Shown one piece after another: positions 41,746 to 52,335 of a DNA stretch of 64,000 bases. The translations under genes and the position numbers were made by a program. Location of the stretch: contig CAVVUN010000012.1 in assembly GCA_963751455.1 (NCBI GenBank), positions 192,001 through 256,000 on the forward strand, read 5' to 3'. The notes under the pieces were generated by a model. That model saw only the letters and a list, made by a program, of their open reading frames with translations, did no database searches and had not been told where the DNA came from. Positions within the stretch are counted from its first letter, which is position 1. Every line of letters begins with the position of its first letter. The DNA comes from Nitrospirota bacterium. Its GTDB lineage: Bacteria > Nitrospirota > UBA9217.

Positions 41746-42070
41746 CTACTTCTTCGCGTTCACAATCCTGCTGATCGAAGTAAAATACATGCCTAGATGA
41801 TCAGCAACCTCACGCTGACGGTAGCCGTGCTTCTCAACCAATTGTTTGATTGCTTTATTGCGTTTCGTCATGTTCCCGAGTGTTTTCTTACTGAATAGCT
41901 TCTCGAGGGAAGGCCTGTCTACATACCGCTGACTCCGGGAAATCTCAGGGATATCTTTGTTTTTCTTGAGATGATACACGAATTGATCGACAAAGCCCTC
42001 CTCCCCCAGGAGTGATTGACCTCTCACCTCTGTCCAGATCGTTGGCTTCCCTATTCCCCAGCTTACGAAC
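41746..42070 (-). pseudogene. RAYT-like (Y1) transposase C-terminal HTH fragment
   Basis: VRGQSLLGEEGFV..EISRSQR..HGYRQREVADHLGMYFTSISRIV; followed by the terminal repeat. Confidence 0.8.
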
Positions 42071-42094
42071 TGGCGGTATTGCCATAGCTGGACC

Positions 42095-42230
42095 ACTTCC
42101 AGTCGTCAACCGAATCGACAATAACATCCCGCAGTACATGATCGGCGCAGATGGGGCGCTCACAACCATGACCCCGGCCACAGTCGCAGGAGCACGGGTC
42201 CCTACTCCATCACGACTGTCGGCAGCTATC
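42095..42230 (+). pseudogene. Beta-propeller (lactonase-like) gene 3' remnant
   Basis: VVNRIDNNIPQYMIGADGALTTMTPATV. Confidence 0.5.
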
Positions 42231-42566
42231 AATAAAAGGAGAACAGCCAAGGGAAGCATTACGATGCGCATCAAAGCAATGCCTTCTGACTTATTCTTCT
42301 TATTCTCCAATCAAAAAACCGCCAGGGATATTGATCCTTGGCGGTTTTTTTCTTCAGCTCATCGTTTTTCGTCGCGGCCTCCAAAGAGCCTAAGATGTTT
42401 CCAGAAAAAATCATTCCTAAACTGAAAAGTGATTTTCAAGACACGATCCTATTTGGTTCCGGCCCCATTTGGTTCGCACGTGCGCGGTTCATGATTAACG
42501 GATTTCCGGTTTTACGTTGCTTATTTCGTAAGTCCATTTCCGCGTCACTTCAAAATGATGCACGAT

Positions 42567-43040
42567 CTAGCCTGCGAGATAGTTAATTCCCCACGGCCCT
42601 TCTACATTGAGCTCCAAGATGGTTTCCTTGTCAGTCGTAAACGCATACATCTGGTCTCCAGCCGGGATTGAAAAGAAACTACCTGGTCCGAAAACCTTGG
42701 CATGCTTATCCACCTTTGGCCCGAGGCCGAACGATAACTTCCCCGAAAGAACAGTGAATCGTTCATCCCCGGGATGGGTATGCGGTCGTAACGTCGCGCC
42801 TGCGGGAATTTTAAGCCGCATGGTAAGCGGACCTGGCTGGTCGGGAGTGCCCTTGAGTACTGCGATTTTCGTTCCGGGCGGCAGGTCTTTGGATGCCTCT
42901 TTCCATACTATATCTTTCTGGTTCAACATGATCGCCGAATCGTCTGCCTTCGTCGTATCCTTAACGGCAGCGTTCACTGCGGTCGACATTAGACCGATCA
43001 CGAACAGGACCGGCAAAAGGCGTACTATTTTTAATTTCAT
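42567..43040 (-). CDS. Exported cupin domain protein
   Basis: Signal peptide; MRLKIPAG..PHTHPGDE..VLSG..GPWGINY. Confidence 0.85.
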   Translation of the reverse strand: MKLKIVRLLPVLFVIGLMSTAVNAAVKDTTKADDSAIMLNQKDIVWKEASKDLPPGTKIAVLKGTPDQPGPLTMRLKIPAGATLRPHTHPGDERFTVLSGKLSFGLGPKVDKHAKVFGPGSFFSIPAGDQMYAFTTDKETILELNVEGPWGINYLAG

Positions 43041-43356
43041 TTCAGTTTCTCCTCTCAGAAGCATTTTAAATCGGATAACCTATCCTTATTTAGGATAGCA
43101 TGCATTATTGACTCTTGTCAAAAACCTAGGGTCACCCATTTATTTTATAAATAGCACGATCGTTTCAGATCAGGTTCAAGAAGCAAATAGCAGAGGTCAG
43201 AGCGAGGAGACGAATATAGGATGCAGGATAAAGGGTTTAAAGATGACCAGGACCGGAATTAATTTCTTAACAGTGACCTTTTCCCTACTTGCTTGGTTCG
43301 CCCCTGGCTCCTTGATTTTTCCTGTTAAACTGAGAGCCCATAGCAAGCCCATAGAA

Positions 43357-43566
43357 TCAGGTCTACTGGGATTGTATCGCTTATTGACGTGCTGAAGGGT
43401 GTTTAGAAAGGTTTGGCGATCTGTGTCACTCTTAAAGACGGGCCTTTTCTCGTTTCCACGGGAAGTGACATGATAGACTGCGCCAGCGTATTCGATGCGA
43501 AGCGGACGGCCATGGAGCGGCTATAGCACAGAATGGACGCAATGGCACGAAAGTAGACCTGACCCT
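43357..43566 (-). mobile_element. TIR-bounded RAYT-like N-terminal remnant
   Basis: 43513-43371 reads MAVRFASNT in one frame and IEYAGAVYHVTSRGNEKRPVFKSD..LNTLQHVNKRYN in the homologous frame; ends TCAGGTCTACT (43357) and AAAGTAGACCTGACCCT (43550-43566). Confidence 0.8.
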
Positions 43567-43949
43567 ATGATGTTCCTAAAGGTTCCTGGTTTTTAGATGC
43601 AGAAAGTTGCGTTTACTGTCAGGCCGCGGGCTAAACATTCGGCGTGAGTATAGAAGAAACCTTCCAAAGAAGAGGGACGTCACCGGAGTTGAACCAGCAG
43701 ACTACGCGACCGTATAGAAAGGTAACACATTTCACTAGAGAGAATTATCAGATTGATTGATAGCTGTAATTAGAATTTGACAAAGGGAAGCGGCTTGAGT
43801 TATACGAACTGTAAATGATTAAACTTCGCAACAATTGATTTGAATGACGTAACGTATATTTTCGAAAATAAAGCTCGCTTCCATCCGGAGAAAAATGGCC
43901 GGGCTGCGGAAGGAAATCGTTCGGCGCGGCTGGTCTTTTTTACCATACA

Positions 43950-44125
43950 CCGATTACGCCAGTCAGGTGCTGGAGCTCATGACGAACAATCATATACGCC
44001 ATCTCACGGCCCTGGGCGGGAATACGTTATGGTCATCCCTCGTGAGCATCGGAGATGTGGTCAAAGCGATAATTACCCATCACGGATGCCATCAAGAACT
44101 CTGGAAAGCTATATCACGCGTGCGT
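43950..44125 (+). pseudogene. CBS-domain gene remnant
   Basis: LELMTNNHIRHL..VSIGDVVKAII. Confidence 0.65.
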
Positions 44126-44127
44126 TA

Positions 44128-44257
44128 TTAATGATGGACTCTAAAATTGCCAGTCCTGTCATTTCGAGCGAAGCGAGAAATCCTGGTTTTCCAGCCTGTT
44201 GAAATTCCGCTCTCTTCGTTCGGGGTGACACGTCCGGACTTTTTACGAGATCATCAA
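44128..44257. repeat. Decayed REP/MITE-like palindrome
   Basis: TGTCATTTCGAGCGAAGCGAGAAATC ... TTCGTTCGGGGTGACA inside an outer ..TTTTTACGAGATCATCAA end. Confidence 0.6.
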
Positions 44258-44383
44258 GATTTGCGCATTCAAAACAGGGATGTTCCTACCACTCGATTCT
44301 CGAGACCGGAGAATGCTTCACGGGAATCTTCTTTACGGCTTCGATTTTTTCAAAATCCTCACTTTCACTAGGAGCCACAATAT

Positions 44384-46165
44384 ATGAATAATAACCTACG
44401 CAAAAACCCTGGCATTATCCCGCTAAATAATCTCTACCCGCATGTTCTTGAGAGCATTGCAGAAGGAATCATTGTGTTAGGGATGGACAGAAAAATTCTG
44501 TTTATCAATAAGATGGCAAAGGAGCTTATAGGGCTGCAGGGTGAGCTTGCAGAGGGAATGGCCTGTAATAAGATCTTGAAGACTGATCTTTGCTCAAGGG
44601 GTTGTCCCTTTGAATCAATGAGTAACAATGACACAAACTGTAGCCACGCTGCTCACTTCATGAATATTAATCTGTACAAAAAGGATAATTCATCAATCCC
44701 GCTCTGTCTCAATGTAGCCGCTTTATACGATCAAGGCGGGATCGTGGTTGGCTTTATAGAGAACTTTCGGCCTATGAGCGAAGTTATTAAGACGATAGAA
44801 GCCCTGGAAAAAAGTAATATAATGCTCACCCAGGAAAAAAGCAGAATAGATTCGATTATTAATAGTCTCGCTGACGGAGTATTTACGGTCGATAAAGAGC
44901 TTCGTATCACGAGCTTCAATAAAGGAATGGAGAATCTTACGGGCCTCAAGAGTTCAGACGTCACAGGACATCTCTGTAGAGAGGTATTGACTGCTGATAA
45001 CTGTGATTGCGATTGTCCCCTTTCATATACATTAAAAAATGATTATGGTTTAGCAAATATCAGGGAGCGAATCACAGGAAAAAACGGAAAGATGATTTCA
45101 GCATCCATCAGCACTGCATTTATTAAGGATGGCGCCGTGGATATAGGATTGATCGCTATAATAAGAGACACCACGGAGATCGAAATGCTGAAGAAAGAGG
45201 TAAATGATAGATATCACTTCTCCAACATTATCGGCAAAAGCAATCAGATGCAGAAGATTTTTGAGTTAATAGAATGCCTGAGCGATACAGACTGTGCAAT
45301 ACTTATCGAGGGGGAAAGCGGGACAGGAAAAGAACTTGTAGCAAGGGCTATTCACCATGAGAGTTATAGAAGGAATAAGCCTTTTTTAAAGGTCAACTGC
45401 AGCGCCATAGTTGAGGGGCTTTTTGAGAGCGAGCTTTTTGGACATGTAAAAGGAGCTTTTACCGGTGCGATAAAGGATAAGATAGGAAAATTGGAACTTG
45501 CTGACGGCGGCACAATCTTCCTTGATGAAATAGGTGACATGTCTCTTGCATTACAGCCGAAGCTTTTAAGGGTCCTCCAGGACAAAGAGTTAGAAAGGGT
45601 TGGCGATACTAAAACAAGAAAAGTGGACGTAAGGATCCTTACCGCTACAAACAGAAACCTTAAGAACAGGATAAAGATCAATAAATTCAGGGAGGACCTT
45701 TATTACCGGCTCTGCGTTGTGCCCATTGAAATGCCTCCGCTGAGAGAGAGAAAAGAAGATATGCCTCTGCTTATCAACCATTTTTTAGAAAAATGTTATA
45801 TGAAGATACCAAAAAGGCAAAGAATTATAGAAGTAACACAAGAGGCGCTCACAGCCCTCATGGATTATAACTGGCCGGGGAATATAAGAGAACTGGAGAA
45901 CACAATAGAGCATGCCTATATACGTTCAAAAACAAACATGATTGATCTTAAATCTCTCCCGTCTTCGATAACAGGCGTCTCTGAACAGGAGGTCTCAGGA
46001 ATTGAAACAAAAGGGTTGCCGAGGTATAGAGAAGAATCGGAAAAGTTCTGTATTGAAACGCTGCTCGAAAAATATAATGGTAATAGAACGAAAGTAGCAA
46101 AAGATCTTGGCCTTAGCCGGACTACCCTTTGGAGAAAATTTAAAAAACATAATTTGTCAGCTTGA
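44384..46165 (+). CDS. sigma54-dependent activator with two PAS domains and Fis-type HTH
   Basis: GESGTGKE, ESELFGH.KGAFTGA, FLDEIG, WPGNIRELEN, LGLSRTTLWRK. Confidence 0.95.
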   Translation: MNNNLRKNPGIIPLNNLYPHVLESIAEGIIVLGMDRKILFINKMAKELIGLQGELAEGMACNKILKTDLCSRGCPFESMSNNDTNCSHAAHFMNINLYKKDNSSIPLCLNVAALYDQGGIVVGFIENFRPMSEVIKTIEALEKSNIMLTQEKSRIDSIINSLADGVFTVDKELRITSFNKGMENLTGLKSSDVTGHLCREVLTADNCDCDCPLSYTLKNDYGLANIRERITGKNGKMISASISTAFIKDGAVDIGLIAIIRDTTEIEMLKKEVNDRYHFSNIIGKSNQMQKIFELIECLSDTDCAILIEGESGTGKELVARAIHHESYRRNKPFLKVNCSAIVEGLFESELFGHVKGAFTGAIKDKIGKLELADGGTIFLDEIGDMSLALQPKLLRVLQDKELERVGDTKTRKVDVRILTATNRNLKNRIKINKFREDLYYRLCVVPIEMPPLRERKEDMPLLINHFLEKCYMKIPKRQRIIEVTQEALTALMDYNWPGNIRELENTIEHAYIRSKTNMIDLKSLPSSITGVSEQEVSGIETKGLPRYREESEKFCIETLLEKYNGNRTKVAKDLGLSRTTLWRKFKKHNLSA

Positions 46166-46223
46166 TGTTTCAACGAAACATTGTTTTCTGCCCGGTGTTT
46201 CAATTCTAAAACAGATTGAAACA
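46165..46223. promoter_or_regulatory. Candidate upstream activator sites
   Basis: ATGTTTC-AAC-GAAACAT (46165-46181) and TGTTTCAAT-N10-ATTGAAACA (46196-46223). Confidence 0.5.
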
Positions 46224-46330
46224 GGGGTCTTCAGCCCGCTGTATCCATTTCATAAATCCCGCCACATATATTCTGCGTGTTTTCTAAGACCTATAAAACA
46301 GGTGATAAAACTAAATACTTCGGACTAAAT

Positions 46331-46346
46331 TGGTATTAGAGTTGCT
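46331..46346 (+). promoter_or_regulatory. sigma54 -24/-12 promoter
   Basis: TGGTATTAGAGTTGCT has the GG-N10-GC spacing of TGGCACG-N4-TTGCW. Confidence 0.75.
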
Positions 46347-46590
46347 TTACTTTGCAAGGTATTACGCTGAATTCTGCTGCAGCCCGGCCCAAAGCGCCCC
46401 GCAACAAGCCGCTGCAGCAAACAACCTCGCCGGCAAGTAACCCTGGCCACCGGCCCGTTGCTGTTCTGCCGCGGGATGCTCAAAGACTCAGGCGGCATGA
46501 CATAAATAAAAAAAATCAAAAAGGAGGGAAGAATTTTTAATGGTCTTCACAATTTGTTTAAAGAAGAATTAATAATAAAAGGAGGAAAAA

Positions 46591-47850
46591 ATGAGTTATT
46601 TAAAGAATTACAGATGGATGATGTTGCTGACAGTATCAGTTTCTCTAATACTGGTACCGGTGTTTTCCTATGCAGGTAAGCCGCCAGCACCTGCGCCAAA
46701 TATTTTTATAGAGGCGTCTACGCTGAATAGCTGGATACAGAATGGGTATAACAATGGTGTACCGGACAGCAATGGCTATTCACAAATGGTTGTAATCAGC
46801 GCTACAACAAGCGCAGTATACGCGGCTGGTCATCCGACCGGGTCATATCTCTGGGATTACAATACTGAAATGAGAACTACCAGGTCGGACGGCGTACTCC
46901 CGACATCGCAGGGTGTTCTTACAAAGCCAATGATGAATGCCTTCTTTTCAAAGACCGGAATAGACGGCGCGAAAGTCGTCGTGCTTATCAGCGATGACTG
47001 GATGCACATGGGTTCAGCGTATTATGATCTCAGGTATTGGGGAATTCCCAAAAAGCAGCTGAAAGTTGTAAACGGGCTTATCAAGGATTATAAAACCGCA
47101 GGGTATGCATGGGACACAAATACCCCTGCGCCTGCAGGAGGCACTTACAGTGTCTGCAACCTGGATCAAAGTACATCAATTGATGAAGTGAGGGCCCCTT
47201 TACAAGAGATGATGAGCGTTGCAAAGGACAATGACGCAAATACCGTGATACTAGACGTCAGGAACCTGAATGAATATAACGGTGAAAATGCAACCTCGGA
47301 TACCAGCTTCTCAGGGCGTATCAGAACTGCCGTATTGGCTACCTATACGGACATGATAACAAACGGCAGTTCAAATGCTGCAGGCGCAAAAATTAAGAGC
47401 GCTGCAGACCTTAAAACATATTTAGAGGCAAAGGGTGCAAGCAGCGCTAAACAGCATTACGTTCATTGCCGAACATCCATAAGGGCAGGGGTTGGCTTCC
47501 TTGCAATTGACGCTATGCTCGGCTGGAAGGTAAAAAAGTTTGAAGGTTCATGGATAGTCTGGGGCAATTTGTCTGATGAGGAAGGCATATTGGCATCAGA
47601 CAGTCCTTGGAGGACAAATAAACCAGAGTACAGTGAAGTAATAAACGCGTCCGTTTCTACCAATAAATCTCAAACCATCCCAGGCTATGGAATCACGGTC
47701 GGCTGTTCGTATGCTAAGTTGGCAAATCGTACCAATGCCAATGACAAGCAGATTTGCGGTAGTAACAGCAGTGCGTGTATTTCCGTTGACCCCTGTGTGC
47801 CGTTTGAAGGTTGTACACAAACTTACGATTGCAAATTTAACCCGCAATAA
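46591..47850 (+). CDS. Exported tandem-rhodanese sulfurtransferase (ExtH-like)
   Basis: Signal peptide, GHPTGS, ILDVR..EYNG, active loop HCRTSIRA, FEGSWIVW. Confidence 0.8.
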   Translation: MSYLKNYRWMMLLTVSVSLILVPVFSYAGKPPAPAPNIFIEASTLNSWIQNGYNNGVPDSNGYSQMVVISATTSAVYAAGHPTGSYLWDYNTEMRTTRSDGVLPTSQGVLTKPMMNAFFSKTGIDGAKVVVLISDDWMHMGSAYYDLRYWGIPKKQLKVVNGLIKDYKTAGYAWDTNTPAPAGGTYSVCNLDQSTSIDEVRAPLQEMMSVAKDNDANTVILDVRNLNEYNGENATSDTSFSGRIRTAVLATYTDMITNGSSNAAGAKIKSAADLKTYLEAKGASSAKQHYVHCRTSIRAGVGFLAIDAMLGWKVKKFEGSWIVWGNLSDEEGILASDSPWRTNKPEYSEVINASVSTNKSQTIPGYGITVGCSYAKLANRTNANDKQICGSNSSACISVDPCVPFEGCTQTYDCKFNPQ

Positions 47851-47928
47851 GGGAGCAATAGTGATGAACCGATTTTTTAAGATTTTTTTAAGCTTGAAAA
47901 GTATCAAAAAATACAAAGGAGGTAAAAA

Positions 47929-49353
47929 ATGAAGTCTACTATAAGCATTATAACAATAATGCTGGTCGTCATTGCGGTAATGGCCGGTCCAGCATCAGCA
48001 CACCATCAAAAAATTGGGAACAAAACTATTGTTCATAGCCTGCCCGCTGCTAACCCAAACCTGACATATGACGGAAATCTGACAGCTAAAGAAGCATATG
48101 AACTGTTGATCTACAACAACCCCGACGATGTAATATTACTTGATATCAGATCTCCCATGGAGAGGAACGGCAGTCACGGCGGCTGTATAGCGCAAGTCGC
48201 ATTGGGCATATGGATAGATCCTTTGAACGCGGGAACTCCCTATTGGCAGAACCGGACATATTGTACAGCGGACATAACGAATCCAATCATGCCGGTTCAC
48301 GCGCAAGCCCAGATAGGCGTTGCTTTCAATGCGCAGGCTTCAGACGGCACTGACCTGGTTGGTTGGCCCTTCAGGGCTGCCGGCTTCATGATCATGAACC
48401 CGGACTTCGATAACTATTTGTCGGCGCTTGAAGCAGAAGGCATAATGGCCAAGAGCAAGCCCACCATAGTGATGTGCGCAAGCGGATGGCGCGCCAAATA
48501 TATAGCTCACTACCTTAAAACGCAGAAGGCTTATCAAAAAGTCTATGTTATGGATGGCGGCCTTTCGGCATGGGTTAAGTCAGGGTTGCCGGTTTCCACA
48601 AACGAAACTGCTTGGATAGGCTGGGATCGCAGGAAACTCTATGACCCGGCGCGTCTTGACGCATATGGCGGAGCGAGGTGGCCTAATTCCCAGTTCTTGA
48701 CAGGCGGCGACCCGGTAATGCCGGAGTGGATGGGACAGTATGTGCCGTCCAGCGATCTGGTCGGATATCCTGATCCGACTTGTCCTGCTCCGGGGAACCT
48801 GGTAGGATTGAATGGACCATGGGCAAGGGACAAAAAGATAGAAGACCTCGGCATCGTTCCAACCCTGACAAGTATTAAATTGCCCGCAGGCTGGGACGGA
48901 CCAACCCTGAACAGCCAGTGCATTCAAACCATGATGGGATTTAAAGGCATGACCTATGAACAAGCCGTAGCAGCATGCGCATCTGCCCCGGCAGTCGTGC
49001 CGGGCTACTTTGATGCATGGCCTATTGCGAAAGGGATAATGATAGAAGGCGCCGAGCTTCCGTTCAAGGGAGCAGACGACCCCTGTGGAGACATGTATAC
49101 AGAGTTCTTCGGAGAGGGATGGTATCCAAGGAATCTGAACCAATGTGAGATAAGATCTATCGAAAGCACAGATAGCCTGACGAATACCAGGTATTGCAAT
49201 GTTGGCGACCCCCTGTGCATAGGTACGAGGACTTACTGCTTTGCAAATCCGCCATTCGGCGCCGGCGGTTTCACAAAAATGACTGCGCCGGACGGGACTT
49301 TTAAGACTCCGGCCATGACATTAAATTGCGATTTCATGAAGTTTGCTGAGTAG
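47929..49353 (+). CDS. Exported rhodanese-domain protein with Cys-rich extension
   Basis: Signal peptide ASA-HH, LLDIRSPME, MCASGWRA, MDGGLSAW..GLP. Confidence 0.8.
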   Translation: MKSTISIITIMLVVIAVMAGPASAHHQKIGNKTIVHSLPAANPNLTYDGNLTAKEAYELLIYNNPDDVILLDIRSPMERNGSHGGCIAQVALGIWIDPLNAGTPYWQNRTYCTADITNPIMPVHAQAQIGVAFNAQASDGTDLVGWPFRAAGFMIMNPDFDNYLSALEAEGIMAKSKPTIVMCASGWRAKYIAHYLKTQKAYQKVYVMDGGLSAWVKSGLPVSTNETAWIGWDRRKLYDPARLDAYGGARWPNSQFLTGGDPVMPEWMGQYVPSSDLVGYPDPTCPAPGNLVGLNGPWARDKKIEDLGIVPTLTSIKLPAGWDGPTLNSQCIQTMMGFKGMTYEQAVAACASAPAVVPGYFDAWPIAKGIMIEGAELPFKGADDPCGDMYTEFFGEGWYPRNLNQCEIRSIESTDSLTNTRYCNVGDPLCIGTRTYCFANPPFGAGGFTKMTAPDGTFKTPAMTLNCDFMKFAE

Positions 49354-49436
49354 TACAAAGCGCACAAATAACTCTCTCTATCCCCTCTTCCAAAAGGGAA
49401 TAGAGAGAGTGTTTTAAAGAACCACAAGAATATAAT

Positions 49437-51188
49437 ATGTTTGAAAATTCCTCGTCTTTGAATAAAATTCGTTCATCCCTGATAGTTTCCGTGGTTACAC
49501 TATCTGTTTTTTTTACGCAGTTCATCTTCCGTTCTCACGACGACAATACACTCACCCGGTGGGCATGGACCTTTGCTGATGTAAATATAATCAGGATTTT
49601 TCTTTTTCTCTTCCTCGGGATAATTATTGCCTATGCCTTTTCAAAGTTTTCTTTTCCTGAACGGTACCCTGCGATATTCCTCTTTCTTTCATCCATCGGA
49701 ATCGGCGCTCTTTTCTGGAGTGAGCCGGAAGTCATCATTGATGCTTCGAGGTATTTTACCCAGGCCAAACATCTTGAACTGTACGGAGTAAAATATTTTA
49801 TTCAGGAATGGGGCAGAGGCATTAATGCATGGACAGACCTGCCGCTTATTCCTTTTTTATACGGCTTGATTTTTAAGTTCCTCGGAGAATCCAGACTCTC
49901 CATCCAGATATTCACAACCTTTCTCTTCTCAACGACTCTTGTCCTGACCTGCAAGACAGGGAAGATACTCTGGGACGAGGAGACGGGTCTTATTGCCGGC
50001 GTATCATTGCTGGGAATGCCTTACCTTTTTACGCAGGTTCCTATCATGCTTATTGACGTGCCCACGATGTTTTTTTTCATGCTTTCAATTTATACCTTTA
50101 TCAGGGCTTTAAATGAGGGCGGCGTTGGGATGATCACTTTCTCAGCTATTGCCCTGTTCTTGGCGTTCTTTTCAAAATATTCAATATGGTTAATGCTCTC
50201 GGTTTTGTTAGTTATCTATATTGTTTACATAATGAATAAATCAGGGAACAGAAAGCGTTATGTTTTTCGAGGGGGCCTGGTTGCCTTGATCGCCGGATTG
50301 CTAATCGGGATTGCAATACTTGCCAAATTCGGTGTCATTTCAGGCCAAATCAAGTTCCTCCAGGAGTATCAAATGCCTGGACTCAAACAGTGGGGAGAGA
50401 GTTTTATCTCTACCTTTCTTTTTCAGATACATCCATTTATTACAGTTGCCGCCCTTTACTCATTCTATGTTGCCTTCAAAAAAAGGGATTTTAAATATGC
50501 AATTATAAGCTGGTTGATAATCCTTGTATTTATAGTGCAGATCAGGAGAATCCGATACATCATAATGGTGTTCCCTCTGTTGGCGCTGATGGCCTCCTAT
50601 GGACTGCAGCAAATCAGGGACAAAGGGATGAGGAGGTTTATTATTGGGAGCGCTATCGCGTCTTCGCTGGTTGTCGCAATTTTCACCTATCTGCCTTACT
50701 TGGAGAAACTGAGCGCCGTAAATATGAAAAATGCTGGTCAGTATCTGAATTCTCTTGAAATAGAAAAAGTTGAGGTTTTCACTCCCCCGCAGACGATGCC
50801 TATTGTAAACCCGGCGATTAATGTGCCGATTCTTGACCTTTCTACGGATAAGAAAATAACCTATAACTATGAACAACCTCTTCTCACGCAATGGGCCAGG
50901 CACACTCGGGTCAGGTTCACCTGGGAATATAAAAACCCTGAATATTACAGTATGGACATCAAAGATTCGGAAAAGGCCGATGCAGTAGTGGTTATATCAG
51001 ACAGCGCCGATCCGCCCCTTCCCGATTATCTCAGGCAGAGAGTGGAAGGGTACCATGTTTCCAGAGTATTCAGGACTGGTGCAGAAATGAGTTACACGAC
51101 GGTTGTAATTGTGTACGAAAAAATCAGTGACGCGAATTCATCTCGAAGTGCAACGCTTGAGTCCGCGAGCTCCAATGGCGTTTTTTAG
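49437..51188 (+). CDS. GT-C fold (family 39 / ArnT-like) membrane glycosyltransferase
   Basis: IIDASRY, TDLPLIPFLY, MLIDVPTMFF, FFSKY; many TM helices. Confidence 0.8.
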   Translation: MFENSSSLNKIRSSLIVSVVTLSVFFTQFIFRSHDDNTLTRWAWTFADVNIIRIFLFLFLGIIIAYAFSKFSFPERYPAIFLFLSSIGIGALFWSEPEVIIDASRYFTQAKHLELYGVKYFIQEWGRGINAWTDLPLIPFLYGLIFKFLGESRLSIQIFTTFLFSTTLVLTCKTGKILWDEETGLIAGVSLLGMPYLFTQVPIMLIDVPTMFFFMLSIYTFIRALNEGGVGMITFSAIALFLAFFSKYSIWLMLSVLLVIYIVYIMNKSGNRKRYVFRGGLVALIAGLLIGIAILAKFGVISGQIKFLQEYQMPGLKQWGESFISTFLFQIHPFITVAALYSFYVAFKKRDFKYAIISWLIILVFIVQIRRIRYIIMVFPLLALMASYGLQQIRDKGMRRFIIGSAIASSLVVAIFTYLPYLEKLSAVNMKNAGQYLNSLEIEKVEVFTPPQTMPIVNPAINVPILDLSTDKKITYNYEQPLLTQWARHTRVRFTWEYKNPEYYSMDIKDSEKADAVVVISDSADPPLPDYLRQRVEGYHVSRVFRTGAEMSYTTVVIVYEKISDANSSRSATLESASSNGVF

Positions 51189-51447
51189 CCGAGACACTTT
51201 CTCGGTCTGTATTCAGTACATATTCGATTGAGCTGTAAGCTTAGGGGCATTCTTACAAAAAGTCAGCCGCCTAAAATAATTCCGTTCCGGATAAGCAGCT
51301 GATTCATTGAAAAGGGACACCGGACAATTGCCGACGCCCTTTTAGGTGTGACCGTCAGACTTGGCGGTTAAAAGCCGAACGGCAAGAAGACCGGTCACAG
51401 AGAGAATTGACCGTTTCTGCCGCATGCTGTATCAAACGAAGTCTATG

Positions 51448-51945
51448 TCAGGAAGCAAATCGTTCCATTAAAGACTCTATAAATTTGCCGGCATATTGTC
51501 CATTCCCAGTGGGTTCAGCAAACAGCTTTACATCGCCGGTGACCCGTGCATTGCCAAAGAGCAGGGCGTTTCCGGCGCCTTCAGCTTTTGCCAACACCTC
51601 GGCAGCCCCGGTTATGACTGCATCGCCGTGCACACGCGCACATCCGTGGATTTTGGCATCGTCCTGGACTTTGGCATTGCCGAAAACCCTCGCACTCCCG
51701 AAGATTTGCGCGCTGCCCGACACTTCCGCCCTGTCCGATATCGAGGCGCTCCCGAATACAATCACATCGTCGCTGACTTTGCAATGACCGCAGACCTTTG
51801 AGCAAGGACCGACATAGACTGTGTCCGCTACTTGTGCAGTCTCTGCAATCAGGCCTCCCCCGTTCGGATGGTGGTGATATTTTACTCCGTCGATTTCTAA
51901 AACCGGTCCCTTCGAGACGTTGAGGGTCAGGTCTACTTTAAACAC
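51448..51945 (-). CDS. Hexapeptide-repeat (left-handed beta-helix) protein with an N-terminus derived from a TIR
   Basis: HPNGGG..VYVGP, repeated (V/I)xGxAx; first residues MFKVDLTL are the translated terminal repeat. Confidence 0.7.
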   Translation of the reverse strand: MFKVDLTLNVSKGPVLEIDGVKYHHHPNGGGLIAETAQVADTVYVGPCSKVCGHCKVSDDVIVFGSASISDRAEVSGSAQIFGSARVFGNAKVQDDAKIHGCARVHGDAVITGAAEVLAKAEGAGNALLFGNARVTGDVKLFAEPTGNGQYAGKFIESLMERFAS

Positions 51946-52239
51946 CGTTCAACTGACGCATGCCGAGAGCAAGGTTGCCGTCCGGAGTCTCGATGAGAAG
52001 ATGATAATGGTTGGTCATGAGACAGTAGGCATGACAAATCCAGTTGTAGCGTTTGTTGACGTGCTGAAGCGTGTTCAAAAAGTTCTGACGGTCCGCGTCA
52101 CTCTTAAAGACGGGCTTTTTCTCGTTTCCACGGGAGGTGACATGATAGACTGCGCCGGGGTATTCGATGCGGAGAGGACGGGCCATGGAGCAACTATAGC
52201 AGAAAGTGGACACAATGACAAGAAAGTAGACCTGACCCT
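51923..52239 (-). mobile_element. 317-bp element: perfect 17-bp TIRs around a truncated RAYT-like transposase (52186-51938)
   Basis: AGGGTCAGGTCTACTTT...AAAGTAGACCTGACCCT; MARPLRIEYPGAVYHVTSRGN..YCLMTNHYHLL (HUH), catalytic Tyr region missing. Confidence 0.92.
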
Positions 52240-52283
52240 GAAAGTTGCTTCCCATCAATAAGCAGCAAGACAAAGCCCATCAT

Positions 52284-52311
52284 AAAAAAAGCGGGGCCGA
52301 AGCCCCGCTTT
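52284..52311 (-). terminator. Intrinsic terminator of the NHL gene
   Basis: AAAAAAAGCGGGGC-CGAA-GCCCCGCTTT. Confidence 0.8.
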
Positions 52312-52335
52312 CATGAAGCTGCAACTATTAATGAA

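Noticed and set aside
51310-51400. Hairpin-rich intergenic stretch (riboswitch?)
   Set aside because: Lies between convergent genes and lacks conserved motifs of riboswitch classes I can recognise.
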